From Candidatus Roizmanbacteria bacterium (lineage in GTDB: Bacteria > Patescibacteriota > Microgenomatia > UBA1406), in NCBI GenBank assembly GCA_024654535.1, contig JANLHL010000016.1, positions 288,626 through 352,625 of the forward strand: DNA of 64,000 nt, read 5' to 3'. Below the pieces are notes generated by a model. That model was given only the letters and a program-made list of their open reading frames with translations. It made no database searches and was not told the origin of the DNA. The position numbers and the translations under genes are program-made. This document shows, in pieces, positions 10,458 through 19,668 of the stretch (position 1 is the first letter of the stretch; every line of letters starts with the position of its first letter).

Positions 10458-11153
10458 TCAATTCTGTGGTTTGTTAAGAAGTGCAGGATACACTATATCT
10501 TCATTACCTGCGGTAACGGAAATATCAGAGTCTATACTTGGTCCGAAGGAGTTACTCCATAAGATATCACCTCTCGTAGAAATTCGACCGCTTCTAACGA
10601 GTAACGAGTACATAAGTCGAACCGTAAAAGGGACCTGTTCAAAAGCCTCTGCATTCATTGGGTATACAATTGAACTCGTGAATTCTGCTTTCAAATCGGT
10701 TTCTGGGTCTACTGCTAATGCAGTACAATCTATCCTCCACAAGCCAGTATCAGGATCTCTCACATACTGCGATCCTACAACATAACCTTGTTCTGATTCG
10801 CCAGCTATTGTCAATACTTGAGCCGCAGGAGCGCGAACATGTTGCCTCTCTCTTTGTTCTACAAATATTGACCTCAATGCGCCAGTTTTATCTTGTCCTT
10901 CAGCTATTTGTAGTCTGCGCTTATCTTTACAAATAGAACCTTCTGGACGTCTATCTGTTTTAGAGCGCCAATTTAAGCCCATATCTAAACCAACTGGCAA
11001 CCTATGACTCTCGCCTAACATAGCACTGCTATAGGCATCCATATCTTGGATCGGAGGGCCAATTAGTAGATTCATTCTAGATTCAAAACCCCCAGAGTGT
11101 AAATCTATACCTGGTGGTTTGACAAAGTTTAAAATAAAGCTATCTGCGCTCAT
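10458..11153 (-). CDS. Hypothetical cytoplasmic protein, MSAD-type N-terminus (paralog family candidate)
   Basis: 231-aa ORF. The first 12 nt, ATGAGCGCAGAT, are identical to those of the gene at 15893-16609. No signal peptide. Confidence 0.6.
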   Translation of the reverse strand: MSADSFILNFVKPPGIDLHSGGFESRMNLLIGPPIQDMDAYSSAMLGESHRLPVGLDMGLNWRSKTDRRPEGSICKDKRRLQIAEGQDKTGALRSIFVEQRERQHVRAPAAQVLTIAGESEQGYVVGSQYVRDPDTGLWRIDCTALAVDPETDLKAEFTSSIVYPMNAEAFEQVPFTVRLMYSLLVRSGRISTRGDILWSNSFGPSIDSDISVTAGNEDIVYPALLNKPQN

Positions 11154-11193
11154 AGGCTTATAGTATAAACCTACAGATCATATTAATCAAGAT

Positions 11194-12030
11194 CTATTCA
11201 CCAATCCACCTATCAACCATATTGAATTGGCGTTGCCAATTGCCTTTATATGTTTCAAGATCTATGAGCTTATTTACCCTCCTTGTTTGGTCAGGATGAT
11301 TGGCTTCTGACCTCAGAAGTAATGCTAAGTACTGAATTTCCATAGCATAATTTGGTACGACTCCCTCTCTCCTTTTCAAACAAATGTTTACCATTCGTTG
11401 ATAAGCTGCAAGCGATGTTAACGAGCCAGGCAAATTTCCCCCTGAGAGCTTCGCTGGGTCTGGCCCCTCATTCATACCAAAACCACTACACACCCATATC
11501 GGTTCTCCGTTCACATCATTGGGTAATACGTGAGGTATATAAAAATCGACTAGTGGCAAACCCAGTGCTGGTCTATGTTGATTTAACTCTTCCATTAACG
11601 CTTGTGTGTGCGTTTTCTGTACTGGAGCGGAAAAATGAACAGTCTCTATATGCTTGCTGTTCGTAACCTCATCACTCGCTAACAATCTACCAAGCTCACT
11701 AAGCTCATCTCCTATGTCATCTAATTTGAAAACATGTCTGAGCATCGGCTGACCACGAAAATGCACAGCCCCACTTGGATCTTTTGCCATGAATACTACA
11801 TTCGGCCGCAACACTTTTACTAAACCTGGTGCTACATCCTCCAAACGCCACCACTGATACATACCGCCAATAAGCGGAACGACAACCGTGGTATCTTCAG
11901 GGCCAAGTTTTATGATAATGTCTGCGACATTACAGCTGAAATCAGCTTGTTTATCTCGAATATCCTTAAAGCCCGAGATTGGCTCGTAGTAAGTATATAA
12001 AGATTCTGTTTCTCGTTGATCTGCTGTCAA
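11194..12030 (-). CDS. Hypothetical cytoplasmic protein, MTADQ N-terminus (paralog family candidate)
   Basis: 278-aa ORF starting TTG-ACAGCAGATCAA, against ATG-ACAGCAGATCAA at 18815. It begins 6 nt after the ybaB stop. ADFSC motif as in the 17444-18088 protein. Confidence 0.55.
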   Translation of the reverse strand: MTADQRETESLYTYYEPISGFKDIRDKQADFSCNVADIIIKLGPEDTTVVVPLIGGMYQWWRLEDVAPGLVKVLRPNVVFMAKDPSGAVHFRGQPMLRHVFKLDDIGDELSELGRLLASDEVTNSKHIETVHFSAPVQKTHTQALMEELNQHRPALGLPLVDFYIPHVLPNDVNGEPIWVCSGFGMNEGPDPAKLSGGNLPGSLTSLAAYQRMVNICLKRREGVVPNYAMEIQYLALLLRSEANHPDQTRRVNKLIDLETYKGNWQRQFNMVDRWIGE

Positions 12031-12036
12031 TAGTGA

Positions 12037-12294
12037 TTATTCGCTTTGCATTTCCAACAGTTTTCGCGCAGCGATTTCTTGTGTTTTCTTTATAGCTTCA
12101 GCAAAAGCTTCGGCAATACGGTTTTCCATAGCACCGTCTACTTCTATGCTTCTCACTTGCTGATCGCCACTCATAACAATACGAACACCGTTCTTTTCTA
12201 TAGTAACCTCTTCTTGTGACAATGCTTGTTGCATAGCCTTTGCTTTTTCTTGAAACGCTTGCATATTTCCGAGGGCCTTAAATGGATTGAACAT
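12037..12294 (-). CDS. ybaB: Nucleoid-associated protein YbaB/EbfC
   Basis: 85 aa with the typical pattern ...MQ..QE.L.....E...G.V.V...G...V..I.ID. Confidence 0.8.
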   Translation of the reverse strand: MFNPFKALGNMQAFQEKAKAMQQALSQEEVTIEKNGVRIVMSGDQQVRSIEVDGAMENRIAEAFAEAIKKTQEIAARKLLEMQSE

Positions 12295-12389
12295 AAAAAT
12301 GTATAAAACTTATGATGGGCTCATTATACGCACAATTCAAAAAAGACGCAAGGAGTGAGTGAAATTACTTAGCGAAGTGAAGCGATAGT

Positions 12390-13040
12390 TTACTGCACCT
12401 TCATCTGGGCATTATCTAATTGTGCCCGCTCTTTTCTTGTTTGATTGGTTTGCATAGCCACTAACGCTGGATTAAGACTACTACCTGCCCTGTTTAATCC
12501 AAGTGTGTCGCTCGCATCAAAACCAGTGCAACTCGCAGGATATCGTACTGAACCACTTACTACAGTACTTGGTCCATTTGCACCATTTAATGCAACTAAG
12601 GAAGCCACAGGAGTGTGAACCTCACTTGCAACTATGCTTAGCGCATTATAGTTACCCGATGTTTCCGCAATAATGCAAAACTGTTCAAGAGCTTGTTTAT
12701 AGTCAACTTTGGAAAAGCAGCGTGTCCCTGACGGTAAAAGGAATTCCTGACCTTCTTTCACTATTACTCCTTTACCACCATTCGCATCTATAAAATCTTG
12801 AGGAGCACTACCACCGACACATGCTTCATAGGCACTACTTAGGCTTCCACCTTTAGGAATTAGTGCTATTGCAGTATAGCTATCTTTTTGTTCAGCTTGC
12901 GATGATTGTGCTGCTTGCGCTACTTGTACTGCTTGAACTGCAGGACTATCTGGTAAAACGCCACAAGCCATAGTTGGAATAGCTAATATTAATAGAACTA
13001 AAGCTACTTTTTTTAGAAATTCTTTGCTTTCGATTCTCAT
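12390..13040 (-). CDS. Secreted or lipid-anchored hypothetical protein
   Basis: N-terminal signal sequence (LVLLILAIPTMAC), a Q/A-rich linker, then a Cys-containing domain. A possible LysM-like segment is not secure. Confidence 0.55.
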   Translation of the reverse strand: MRIESKEFLKKVALVLLILAIPTMACGVLPDSPAVQAVQVAQAAQSSQAEQKDSYTAIALIPKGGSLSSAYEACVGGSAPQDFIDANGGKGVIVKEGQEFLLPSGTRCFSKVDYKQALEQFCIIAETSGNYNALSIVASEVHTPVASLVALNGANGPSTVVSGSVRYPASCTGFDASDTLGLNRAGSSLNPALVAMQTNQTRKERAQLDNAQMKVQ

Positions 13041-13044
13041 ATAT

Positions 13045-13059
13045 ACATATTAAATATGT
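13045..13059. promoter_or_regulatory. 15-nt palindrome ACATATT-A-AATATGT just upstream of the 12390-13040 gene
   Basis: Perfect palindrome. The same 15-mer in reverse-complement form overlaps the start codon of the 37296-39029 gene at 39026-39040. Confidence 0.35.
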
Positions 13060-13149
13060 AATATATTATTATAGGCTATTATTGATGGAATAGCAAGTGT
13101 TCTTTTTGCAGCGTTCTCAATTAATAGATTGAAGTTGTATACTTTGTAC

Positions 13150-14829
13150 ATGCATCTTAAGACTTTACGAGAGAAAATAACCTTCCTTCTAATTCTTGCC
13201 CTTGCTATTGCGCTTCGCATATATGGTCAAAATTGGGATTCTGGCTTTCACTTACACCCTGATGAGCGCATGCTTATTATGGTAACGACACGCATACACT
13301 TTTTTACAAATCTTAATCCCGAATTCTTTAATTATGGATCGTTACCTATTTATATACTTGCAGCACTGGCACAGTTTTTTGAATCGGTCTTTAAAATACC
13401 CATATTCAACTACACTGGCTTGCTGTTTTTAGGTAGAACTTTGTCGACTATATTCGACATTTTTACCTTGTTTGTCGTGTTCAAAATAGCACGACGATTA
13501 TTTAATACAACAGCAGCATTTTTTGCACTATTTGTCTATGCTGTGGCATTTTTTCCTATTCAAAACGCACATTTTTTTGTGGTAGATCCATTTGTTACCT
13601 TCTTACTTGCGACCACTGTATACTCACTTTTGCGCCACATGCAAACGCCAACAAAACGCTCTTTACTATTGACTGCACTTTTCTATGCTATGGCGCTGGC
13701 TACAAAAGCGAGCGCACTCGTTGTATACCCCGTAGTCATTTTAGGGTTGCTCCTGCCCTACTATAGACAGGCTCTTCTCAGAGATAAAAGTAAAAACAGA
13801 GTCCGAATTTTATTTTCAACAACTGTGCAACAATTGGGCAACGTAGCGCTCTTTCACTTTTCACTTTTCTTTTTTCACTTTATATTCATGCCGTACACAT
13901 ACATACATTTGCAACAATTCATTCAAGATATTTCCCTTCAGATGCGTATGAATACAAATGCCTATATATTCCCTTATACACTCCAGTATGTTGGCACTAT
14001 GCCCTATATATATTATTTGAAAAATATATTCTTATGGGGAATGGGGCCAATCTTCAGCCTCTTGACAATCTGGGGATGTATGACTCTGATAAAGTCCAAG
14101 ACAAAAAATGTACTCCCTCTTCTATTATTTCTCGCTTTTTATGTACTCTATTTTCTTGTTCTTGGTAAGTCGGCAGTAAAATTCATGCGCTATATGCTAC
14201 CGCTGTACCCATTTTTTGCCGTTTTTGCAGGTGTCACTCTTTCAAGAATCTTTAATTCTCAATTAGAAATTCTAAATTCTAAATTATTTATGCGTTTTGC
14301 TGCTTTAGCATTATGCTTATTTGGATTCGCCTATACCCTTATGTTCATGCACATATATGCGAAGCCAAATACCCGTTTGCAAGCCACGAGCTGGATAGTA
14401 AAACACATACCGCCACGCTCTACTATAGCCATTGAGCATTGGGATGATCAAGTACCACTAGGTGCACCGCCTGAATACTATAACTTCGTGCTTCTGCCTC
14501 TTTACAATCAGCCAGATGGCGAAGCAAAATGGAAAACGATCAACGATATGCTCAATAGCGCAGATTACATAGTTATAGCGTCTAACCGGCTTTACGTACC
14601 AATAACACACCTCGTTGACTGCGATAGGTATGCCGTGTGCTTCCCTCTTGCATCAAAATACTATACAGACCTCTTTTCTGAAAAACGAGGTTTCGAGAAA
14701 GTTAAAGAATTCAGCGAGAATCCCCAATTCACCATTGGATCACTTAAACTACAACTGAATGATCAAGGTGCAGATGAATCGTTTACCGTATACGATCACC
14801 CAAAAATACTGATTTTTAAGAAGAAATAA
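13150..14829 (+). CDS. GT39-like (ArnT/PMT-type) membrane glycosyltransferase
   Basis: Multi-TM protein with an early-loop HLHPDERM motif typical of GT-C enzymes. The track start at 13129 is TTG, so the ATG at 13150 is preferred. Confidence 0.6.
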   Translation: MHLKTLREKITFLLILALAIALRIYGQNWDSGFHLHPDERMLIMVTTRIHFFTNLNPEFFNYGSLPIYILAALAQFFESVFKIPIFNYTGLLFLGRTLSTIFDIFTLFVVFKIARRLFNTTAAFFALFVYAVAFFPIQNAHFFVVDPFVTFLLATTVYSLLRHMQTPTKRSLLLTALFYAMALATKASALVVYPVVILGLLLPYYRQALLRDKSKNRVRILFSTTVQQLGNVALFHFSLFFFHFIFMPYTYIHLQQFIQDISLQMRMNTNAYIFPYTLQYVGTMPYIYYLKNIFLWGMGPIFSLLTIWGCMTLIKSKTKNVLPLLLFLAFYVLYFLVLGKSAVKFMRYMLPLYPFFAVFAGVTLSRIFNSQLEILNSKLFMRFAALALCLFGFAYTLMFMHIYAKPNTRLQATSWIVKHIPPRSTIAIEHWDDQVPLGAPPEYYNFVLLPLYNQPDGEAKWKTINDMLNSADYIVIASNRLYVPITHLVDCDRYAVCFPLASKYYTDLFSEKRGFEKVKEFSENPQFTIGSLKLQLNDQGADESFTVYDHPKILIFKKK

Positions 14830-14832
14830 CTA

Positions 14833-15873
14833 TCACATAAACCGCTTTACTATACCCAGTGCCCCCTGTTTCCACCCTACAGTATGCGTAAAACCTGCAC
14901 GCTTTGACTTTATGTTTTTATAGTGTTTTAGGTACCAACTATACGAGCGAATAAGTGCCTGTGCATTGGAATATTTTGGTTTCCAGCACAACACTTTTTT
15001 CGCTTTTTCAATAGAAACAAACGAATCTTTGTCTGCTGTATCGTACACCCACCTATACAGTGGAGACAGGTGCAAAGCCTCAAGTATGCGAAGCGGTGTT
15101 TTAACAAATAGAGATGGCACTGGAAATATTTTTGAACCACTTTTGGCATGTGCAAAGAGTGCCTCAAGATCGCTTTTGACGGTCCCATATTCCCCTGCTC
15201 CAATATTGAACTCTGTGTTCATTTTTTTACTTCGAGAGGTGACCGCAGAATAAATTGCAGCTACCAAATCGTCTACCTCTAAGAGTTGATATTTGTTGTT
15301 CCCACTTCCAATAGCGGGTATTTTTTTGCCATCGTGTACCCAATCGAATAGAATCTCAAACACTCCCAAACGCCCCGTGCCTACAAACGTTTTAGGGCGA
15401 ATAATAGTAACGTTTAACCCCTTTTTTATATGCTGACGACACAGCTGTTCGGCTTTGATTTTGCTTTCTCCATATGGCCCAACACCGACAAGTGTATCTG
15501 TTTCATAAATAGGGTGTACTTTTGGTATGCCGTAGACTGCGGTTGATGAAATATAGATCACTCTTTTAACCTTGTTTTTCAATGCAGCTTGTAAGACAAT
15601 TCTAGTACCGTCTACGGTAGTTGTGCGTATTTCCTCGGGTTTTTCCAAAGGAAGTGCCGCTGCTGCATGTATGATAACATCCGTATGCTTTGCTAAAGAA
15701 GATACCAAACGTTTGTCACGAACGTCTCCAATAACAAGATTGTAGTTACCTGGGTATTCTTTCTTATCAAATGAATGCAAATCGAGAAGGGTGAGCGTAT
15801 GACCCTTTTTTTTCAAAAACTGTGCCAAATGATAACCCAAAAACCCTGCACCACCAGTAATAAGAATTTTCAT
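14833..15873 (-). CDS. NAD-dependent epimerase/dehydratase (SDR family)
   Basis: ITGGAGFLGYHL Rossmann motif and YGESK catalytic motif. The start is moved from 15972 to MKILITGG at 15873, which removes the overlap with the upstream gene. Confidence 0.85.
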   Translation of the reverse strand: MKILITGGAGFLGYHLAQFLKKKGHTLTLLDLHSFDKKEYPGNYNLVIGDVRDKRLVSSLAKHTDVIIHAAAALPLEKPEEIRTTTVDGTRIVLQAALKNKVKRVIYISSTAVYGIPKVHPIYETDTLVGVGPYGESKIKAEQLCRQHIKKGLNVTIIRPKTFVGTGRLGVFEILFDWVHDGKKIPAIGSGNNKYQLLEVDDLVAAIYSAVTSRSKKMNTEFNIGAGEYGTVKSDLEALFAHAKSGSKIFPVPSLFVKTPLRILEALHLSPLYRWVYDTADKDSFVSIEKAKKVLCWKPKYSNAQALIRSYSWYLKHYKNIKSKRAGFTHTVGWKQGALGIVKRFM

Positions 15874-15892
15874 AGAGAAAGTATAGCGTATA

Positions 15893-16609
15893 TTATAAAC
15901 TAAAATTGTATTTAGTATTTGGACTGCCAAGAGAAAGTAAGACTTGCTCTTCTTTTTTTGTAAGACAAGCATGTGGATTAAATTCTATAGCTCGTACTGC
16001 ATTTTGCATAGCTGCAAAAGCGTCCATACCATGTCTAAATAAAGAAAAATCTACAAAAACATAACTATTATCACCAAAACCTTGCTGTGCTCTATTTGTA
16101 GCAATAACTACACCAGCGCCTAAGCTCTGTTGTCCATACTCACCTGGAAGCATTGCTGAAAGGCTGCGCGCTGTTAAATTGCTAGCGCCAATAGGAATAA
16201 CGGTTCCATCTTCAGGAATGTCTTGCACCGAACCAAATATCCTAGCAAAAATATTATTTTTTGCTGTAAATCTAAACATTTCGTTGTGGTTAAATCGAAA
16301 AACTGGATGTACAGGCTTTTGCTCTGCGCGCATATCTTTTTCTACTGCACTTCGTACGTCACCTTTTTGATTACGAATCAACCAATCTTGAAATTGGTCG
16401 GCGGCGTAATCACTTTTGCCAACAAATTCTAGACACTGGTAAAGTGTTTTACAAACAAGAAAAAATGGCTTTTCATGATAGTGGCCCCATGTATATGGTT
16501 TATCTGTGGAATACGGAGTAGTGAATAATGCGACTCGCTCTTTTTGTGCTAATACGTTGCTTTTGAAATCAAAGGGGGTATGTATTTGAAATTTTGAATC
16601 TGCGCTCAT
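15893..16609 (-). CDS. Paralog-family protein (MSADS N-terminus)
   Basis: 238 aa with no signal peptide. LPGEYGQQ aligns with LPEEYGRE of the next gene. Starts ATGAGCGCAGAT. Confidence 0.65.
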   Translation of the reverse strand: MSADSKFQIHTPFDFKSNVLAQKERVALFTTPYSTDKPYTWGHYHEKPFFLVCKTLYQCLEFVGKSDYAADQFQDWLIRNQKGDVRSAVEKDMRAEQKPVHPVFRFNHNEMFRFTAKNNIFARIFGSVQDIPEDGTVIPIGASNLTARSLSAMLPGEYGQQSLGAGVVIATNRAQQGFGDNSYVFVDFSLFRHGMDAFAAMQNAVRAIEFNPHACLTKKEEQVLLSLGSPNTKYNFSL

Positions 16610-16615
16610 AGGTGT

Positions 16616-16624
16616 ATTTTATCA
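16616..16624 (-). promoter_or_regulatory. Extended -10 box TGATAAAAT, 6 nt before the ATG at 16609
   Basis: Minus-strand reading is GTGATAAAAT-ACACCT-ATG. Confidence 0.5.
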
Positions 16625-16683
16625 CACTCTATAGGACTAAACAACATATATAATTACAGGCTTGAATTCGATACAAGCGGTTG

Positions 16684-17370
16684 TTACGTTTTTACCAATA
16701 TCTGCTGTATTCTTTCTAATGGTGGTATTTGAATACCTGCAGTTGCTGCTCGTTGCATCGTTTCTCTACTAGTTCTTCCTGAATCAGAGCTGCCTTGCTC
16801 TATTGCTCTCCACAGTTCAAAATCTTCTTGAGTAAGTTGTCTATTCGCATTTACAATCAAAAAACTATTGCCTCCGATATTCAACATAGTAATTCTCTGG
16901 GCGTTTTCTCTACCATACTCTTCCGGCAATATAGGGACAACTGCACCCGATCTAAGTTTGCTACCACCGGTTGTCATATGCTGCACACCATAAGCACCAG
17001 TATCACTAACAGTATACAGACCAATATGTATGAGCTTGTCTGCTCCAAATATAGTGAGATATCTACCATCTTCTGAAGAATGTGAGTAGATGTATGGCTC
17101 TCTAGATTTAGCCATTCCAACAGTGATATCTCTCGTAAGCATACTCGGAAGTGGTGGTACTGAGCCTAAACAAATTGCACTATTGGCGTCCAATTTATAG
17201 ATCGGCAAGACTGGATCGTGGCTATTTACGAGTAGTTCTGTCCTATCTATAAAGTCTAAGGACGTTTTTATTCCATAGTCTGCGAGTGAAGCCGGATGAG
17301 CACGCAATATGTTATGACTTTCTGTATCCCAGTATCTAATACTATTAAATTGCCCATGATCTGCACTCAT
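16684..17370 (-). CDS. Paralog-family protein (MSADH N-terminus)
   Basis: 228 aa. Shares the N-terminal E/R-rich helix followed by H-P/S-A, and the C-terminal GIQIPPLERI motif. Confidence 0.65.
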   Translation of the reverse strand: MSADHGQFNSIRYWDTESHNILRAHPASLADYGIKTSLDFIDRTELLVNSHDPVLPIYKLDANSAICLGSVPPLPSMLTRDITVGMAKSREPYIYSHSSEDGRYLTIFGADKLIHIGLYTVSDTGAYGVQHMTTGGSKLRSGAVVPILPEEYGRENAQRITMLNIGGNSFLIVNANRQLTQEDFELWRAIEQGSSDSGRTSRETMQRAATAGIQIPPLERIQQILVKT

Positions 17371-17376
17371 GTGCGT

Positions 17377-17385
17377 AGCTTATCA
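17377..17385 (-). promoter_or_regulatory. Extended -10 box TGATAAGCT, 6 nt before the ATG at 17370
   Basis: Minus-strand reading is CATGATAAGCT-ACGCAC-ATG. Confidence 0.5.
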
Positions 17386-17443
17386 TGCACTACACGACTA
17401 GACAACTGTTAAATCAGGAACGAAGACATGATAACTGTGTACA

Positions 17444-18088
17444 TTATGCCAAACCCAGTGTATTAAACATTTCCAGGAGTTGCGCGCCTGTTGGAAGATG
17501 GATTTTTCGTTCTAAAAGTGATCCTCTGCTGTATTGAGCTAGTCCATCTTCATCCATCAAGTGCAATTTTGCTAGAGGTAGATTTTGTGCGGTAGGAGCA
17601 TTAATAAATATCATTGTTGAAGACTCATTAGCAACAACCAACATAGGTACAGTACCTCCTATTTCAGATACCCCTGTAGTCAAAGCAAAATCATCGGTAT
17701 GCATAAACGGTGTAATAATTGCCATAGTTGGACTATTTCCTATGGGATATTTTGGGAAAGCAAAGCCTAGCTCGTCTTTATATGTATAGATAACAGGTTT
17801 TAATTCTAATTTTGCAGTTCGTTCTGGTATATATACATGTTTAAACTGCAGATTTGGTGGTACACACCCCACAATACTTGAAGCAAATACATCATTCGGC
17901 CCATGAACCATTTTTACAACTGGCCATATACCTCTGTTTGGATTACCTCCAATGGGTAAAGCAAAACCGAAATTTGCCATCGCAGCACCTGCTGAGTGTC
18001 TTTTCAACCATTGTTTTCTCTCAGCACCGTCTAATTGCAATGGGCATGAAAAATCTGCCTTTATCTTGGAGACTTGCTCTACTGTCAT
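17444..18088 (-). CDS. Paralog-family protein (MTVEQ N-terminus)
   Basis: 214 aa. AERKQWLKRHSAGAAMANFG and a C-terminal IHLPTGAQLLEM motif. Confidence 0.65.
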   Translation of the reverse strand: MTVEQVSKIKADFSCPLQLDGAERKQWLKRHSAGAAMANFGFALPIGGNPNRGIWPVVKMVHGPNDVFASSIVGCVPPNLQFKHVYIPERTAKLELKPVIYTYKDELGFAFPKYPIGNSPTMAIITPFMHTDDFALTTGVSEIGGTVPMLVVANESSTMIFINAPTAQNLPLAKLHLMDEDGLAQYSRGSLLERKIHLPTGAQLLEMFNTLGLA

Positions 18089-18104
18089 TGTTATTTGAAC
18101 TTAC

Positions 18105-18815
18105 TTAATGAGAATTTTTTAATACCAATCCTTGACGATCCAACACTGTAACAATTTCACTTGGCTTTGGCATTTGAATACCTCTCTCTAATGCCAATTG
18201 TCGTGCAGGTTCTAAACAACTCATCGTCTTTGGATCGACTAAAGTTTCAGCTTCGGCCTGCGTTATGCCATACTGATCTCTACATAGCACTACAATCCCT
18301 CCACCTGCACTTGCTACTACTATGAAACCATGGCTTCTCTCATATCCAAACGTTATATTGTTCCCGAAAACAACTTTGGATGCTTCTGCTTGTATACCTT
18401 CTACCTGACCAATATTAATTATTTGTGGCCCTCTTCCATTCTCTGTATAATTTACTAAAACTGAGTATTGATCTTCACCCATTGGAATATTAACTACAAT
18501 GCGACCCCATTGTTTGAATGCATATATTTGTGGTCTATCTTCCCCTCCACTGAAAGTCATAATTCTTTTTCTTGCTGAATCATACTCTGGGACACTCCCT
18601 GCTACCATGCCGCTCCAAGTTTCTCCATCTCTACGCATGCCAACGAGTGGATGAGTAGTGCCAAATGCTTTTGGCTCACCGCCAAAAGTGTATACTGGGA
18701 AACTGTATTTCGGATCTAAAGTCTCAACTGCTGGATTACTTAGTAAAAATGTTCTCCGTTCATTACTATCTAATAAACTAAAATCTACTTTACTTACTCC
18801 TTGATCTGCTGTCAT
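18105..18815 (-). CDS. Paralog-family protein (MTADQ N-terminus)
   Basis: 236 aa. SNERRTFLLSNPAVE and a C-terminal GIQMPKPSEIV motif. Confidence 0.65.
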   Translation of the reverse strand: MTADQGVSKVDFSLLDSNERRTFLLSNPAVETLDPKYSFPVYTFGGEPKAFGTTHPLVGMRRDGETWSGMVAGSVPEYDSARKRIMTFSGGEDRPQIYAFKQWGRIVVNIPMGEDQYSVLVNYTENGRGPQIINIGQVEGIQAEASKVVFGNNITFGYERSHGFIVVASAGGGIVVLCRDQYGITQAEAETLVDPKTMSCLEPARQLALERGIQMPKPSEIVTVLDRQGLVLKNSH

Positions 18816-18941
18816 GATCTATTTATTAAATTCTAACTTCTATGAGGAAATAGTATACTAAAGCCTATAGCATATATCAACATATATAATATATATTTGT
18901 ATTTTGATTATTAGTCATTTGGTGTACCTATATAGGAGATT

Positions 18942-19637
18942 CTAAAGAACTGGGATGTATTGACCTATACCACTTTCTAGCTGTGCAGCGGTTGGGATTT
19001 GCAAATTGTAAGCTTGGCGAAAATAAGTAAAATTTTTATCTGCTATAGCTCTTTCATAACCGGCAATATCGAGTCTTATAAATGGCAACTTTAGACCACC
19101 ACCCACTATCACAGTAGCATCTCTCATAAAAAGCATAAATAGAGCACCTATTTCTGCTCGAGCAAAATCTACATCTTTATGCTTTTTTTCTAATTGCCCT
19201 GCAATATATGCAGGATTCATAGGAGTTCCTCCATACAATATGCCAATAGATCTTTCTTTGTATCCTGACGGGAAAAAGGCAGTTACTGCACCTCGTGCAC
19301 CGCTAGAATATAGTAATGGCAATGATTGCGCTCTTGAGTAAGTATGAGCGCTTTTTATCAGTTGTAAATCCTCAGCAGTACTGATTCCGGGTAATCCTCC
19401 AAGGAGTGCTGTAGTATAGGCTCCTGTATTAGTTATGTCTTTTGTCATAATAAATACCGGGTGTTCAGATGTTATTGGTTGGCTTATAAATTCTCCATTA
19501 ACTTCTGGTATGTGAGGAGTTACGATTCCTAATGCACTCAATGAAGGACCCGCGCTGTGTTGTGCAAGCATTCGTCTTTTTTCATCTTCGCTGAGATGAC
19601 GAAATGTATGTCTACGAATGGCATCAAAATCTATCAT
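18942..19637 (-). CDS. Paralog-family protein
   Basis: 231 aa. EDEKRRMLAQHSAGPSLSALG and a C-terminal LQIPTAAQLES motif. Confidence 0.65.
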   Translation of the reverse strand: MIDFDAIRRHTFRHLSEDEKRRMLAQHSAGPSLSALGIVTPHIPEVNGEFISQPITSEHPVFIMTKDITNTGAYTTALLGGLPGISTAEDLQLIKSAHTYSRAQSLPLLYSSGARGAVTAFFPSGYKERSIGILYGGTPMNPAYIAGQLEKKHKDVDFARAEIGALFMLFMRDATVIVGGGLKLPFIRLDIAGYERAIADKNFTYFRQAYNLQIPTAAQLESGIGQYIPVL

Positions 19638-19668
19638 TCGCTATTGTGCAATGCATATGACTGATGAT

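Noticed and set aside
14267-14285. AAATTCT heptamer repeated about 2.7 times inside the GT39-like gene
   Set aside because: A short AT-rich coding repeat (EILNSKL) in a loop region, with no counterpart elsewhere in the window. It is probably chance low complexity.
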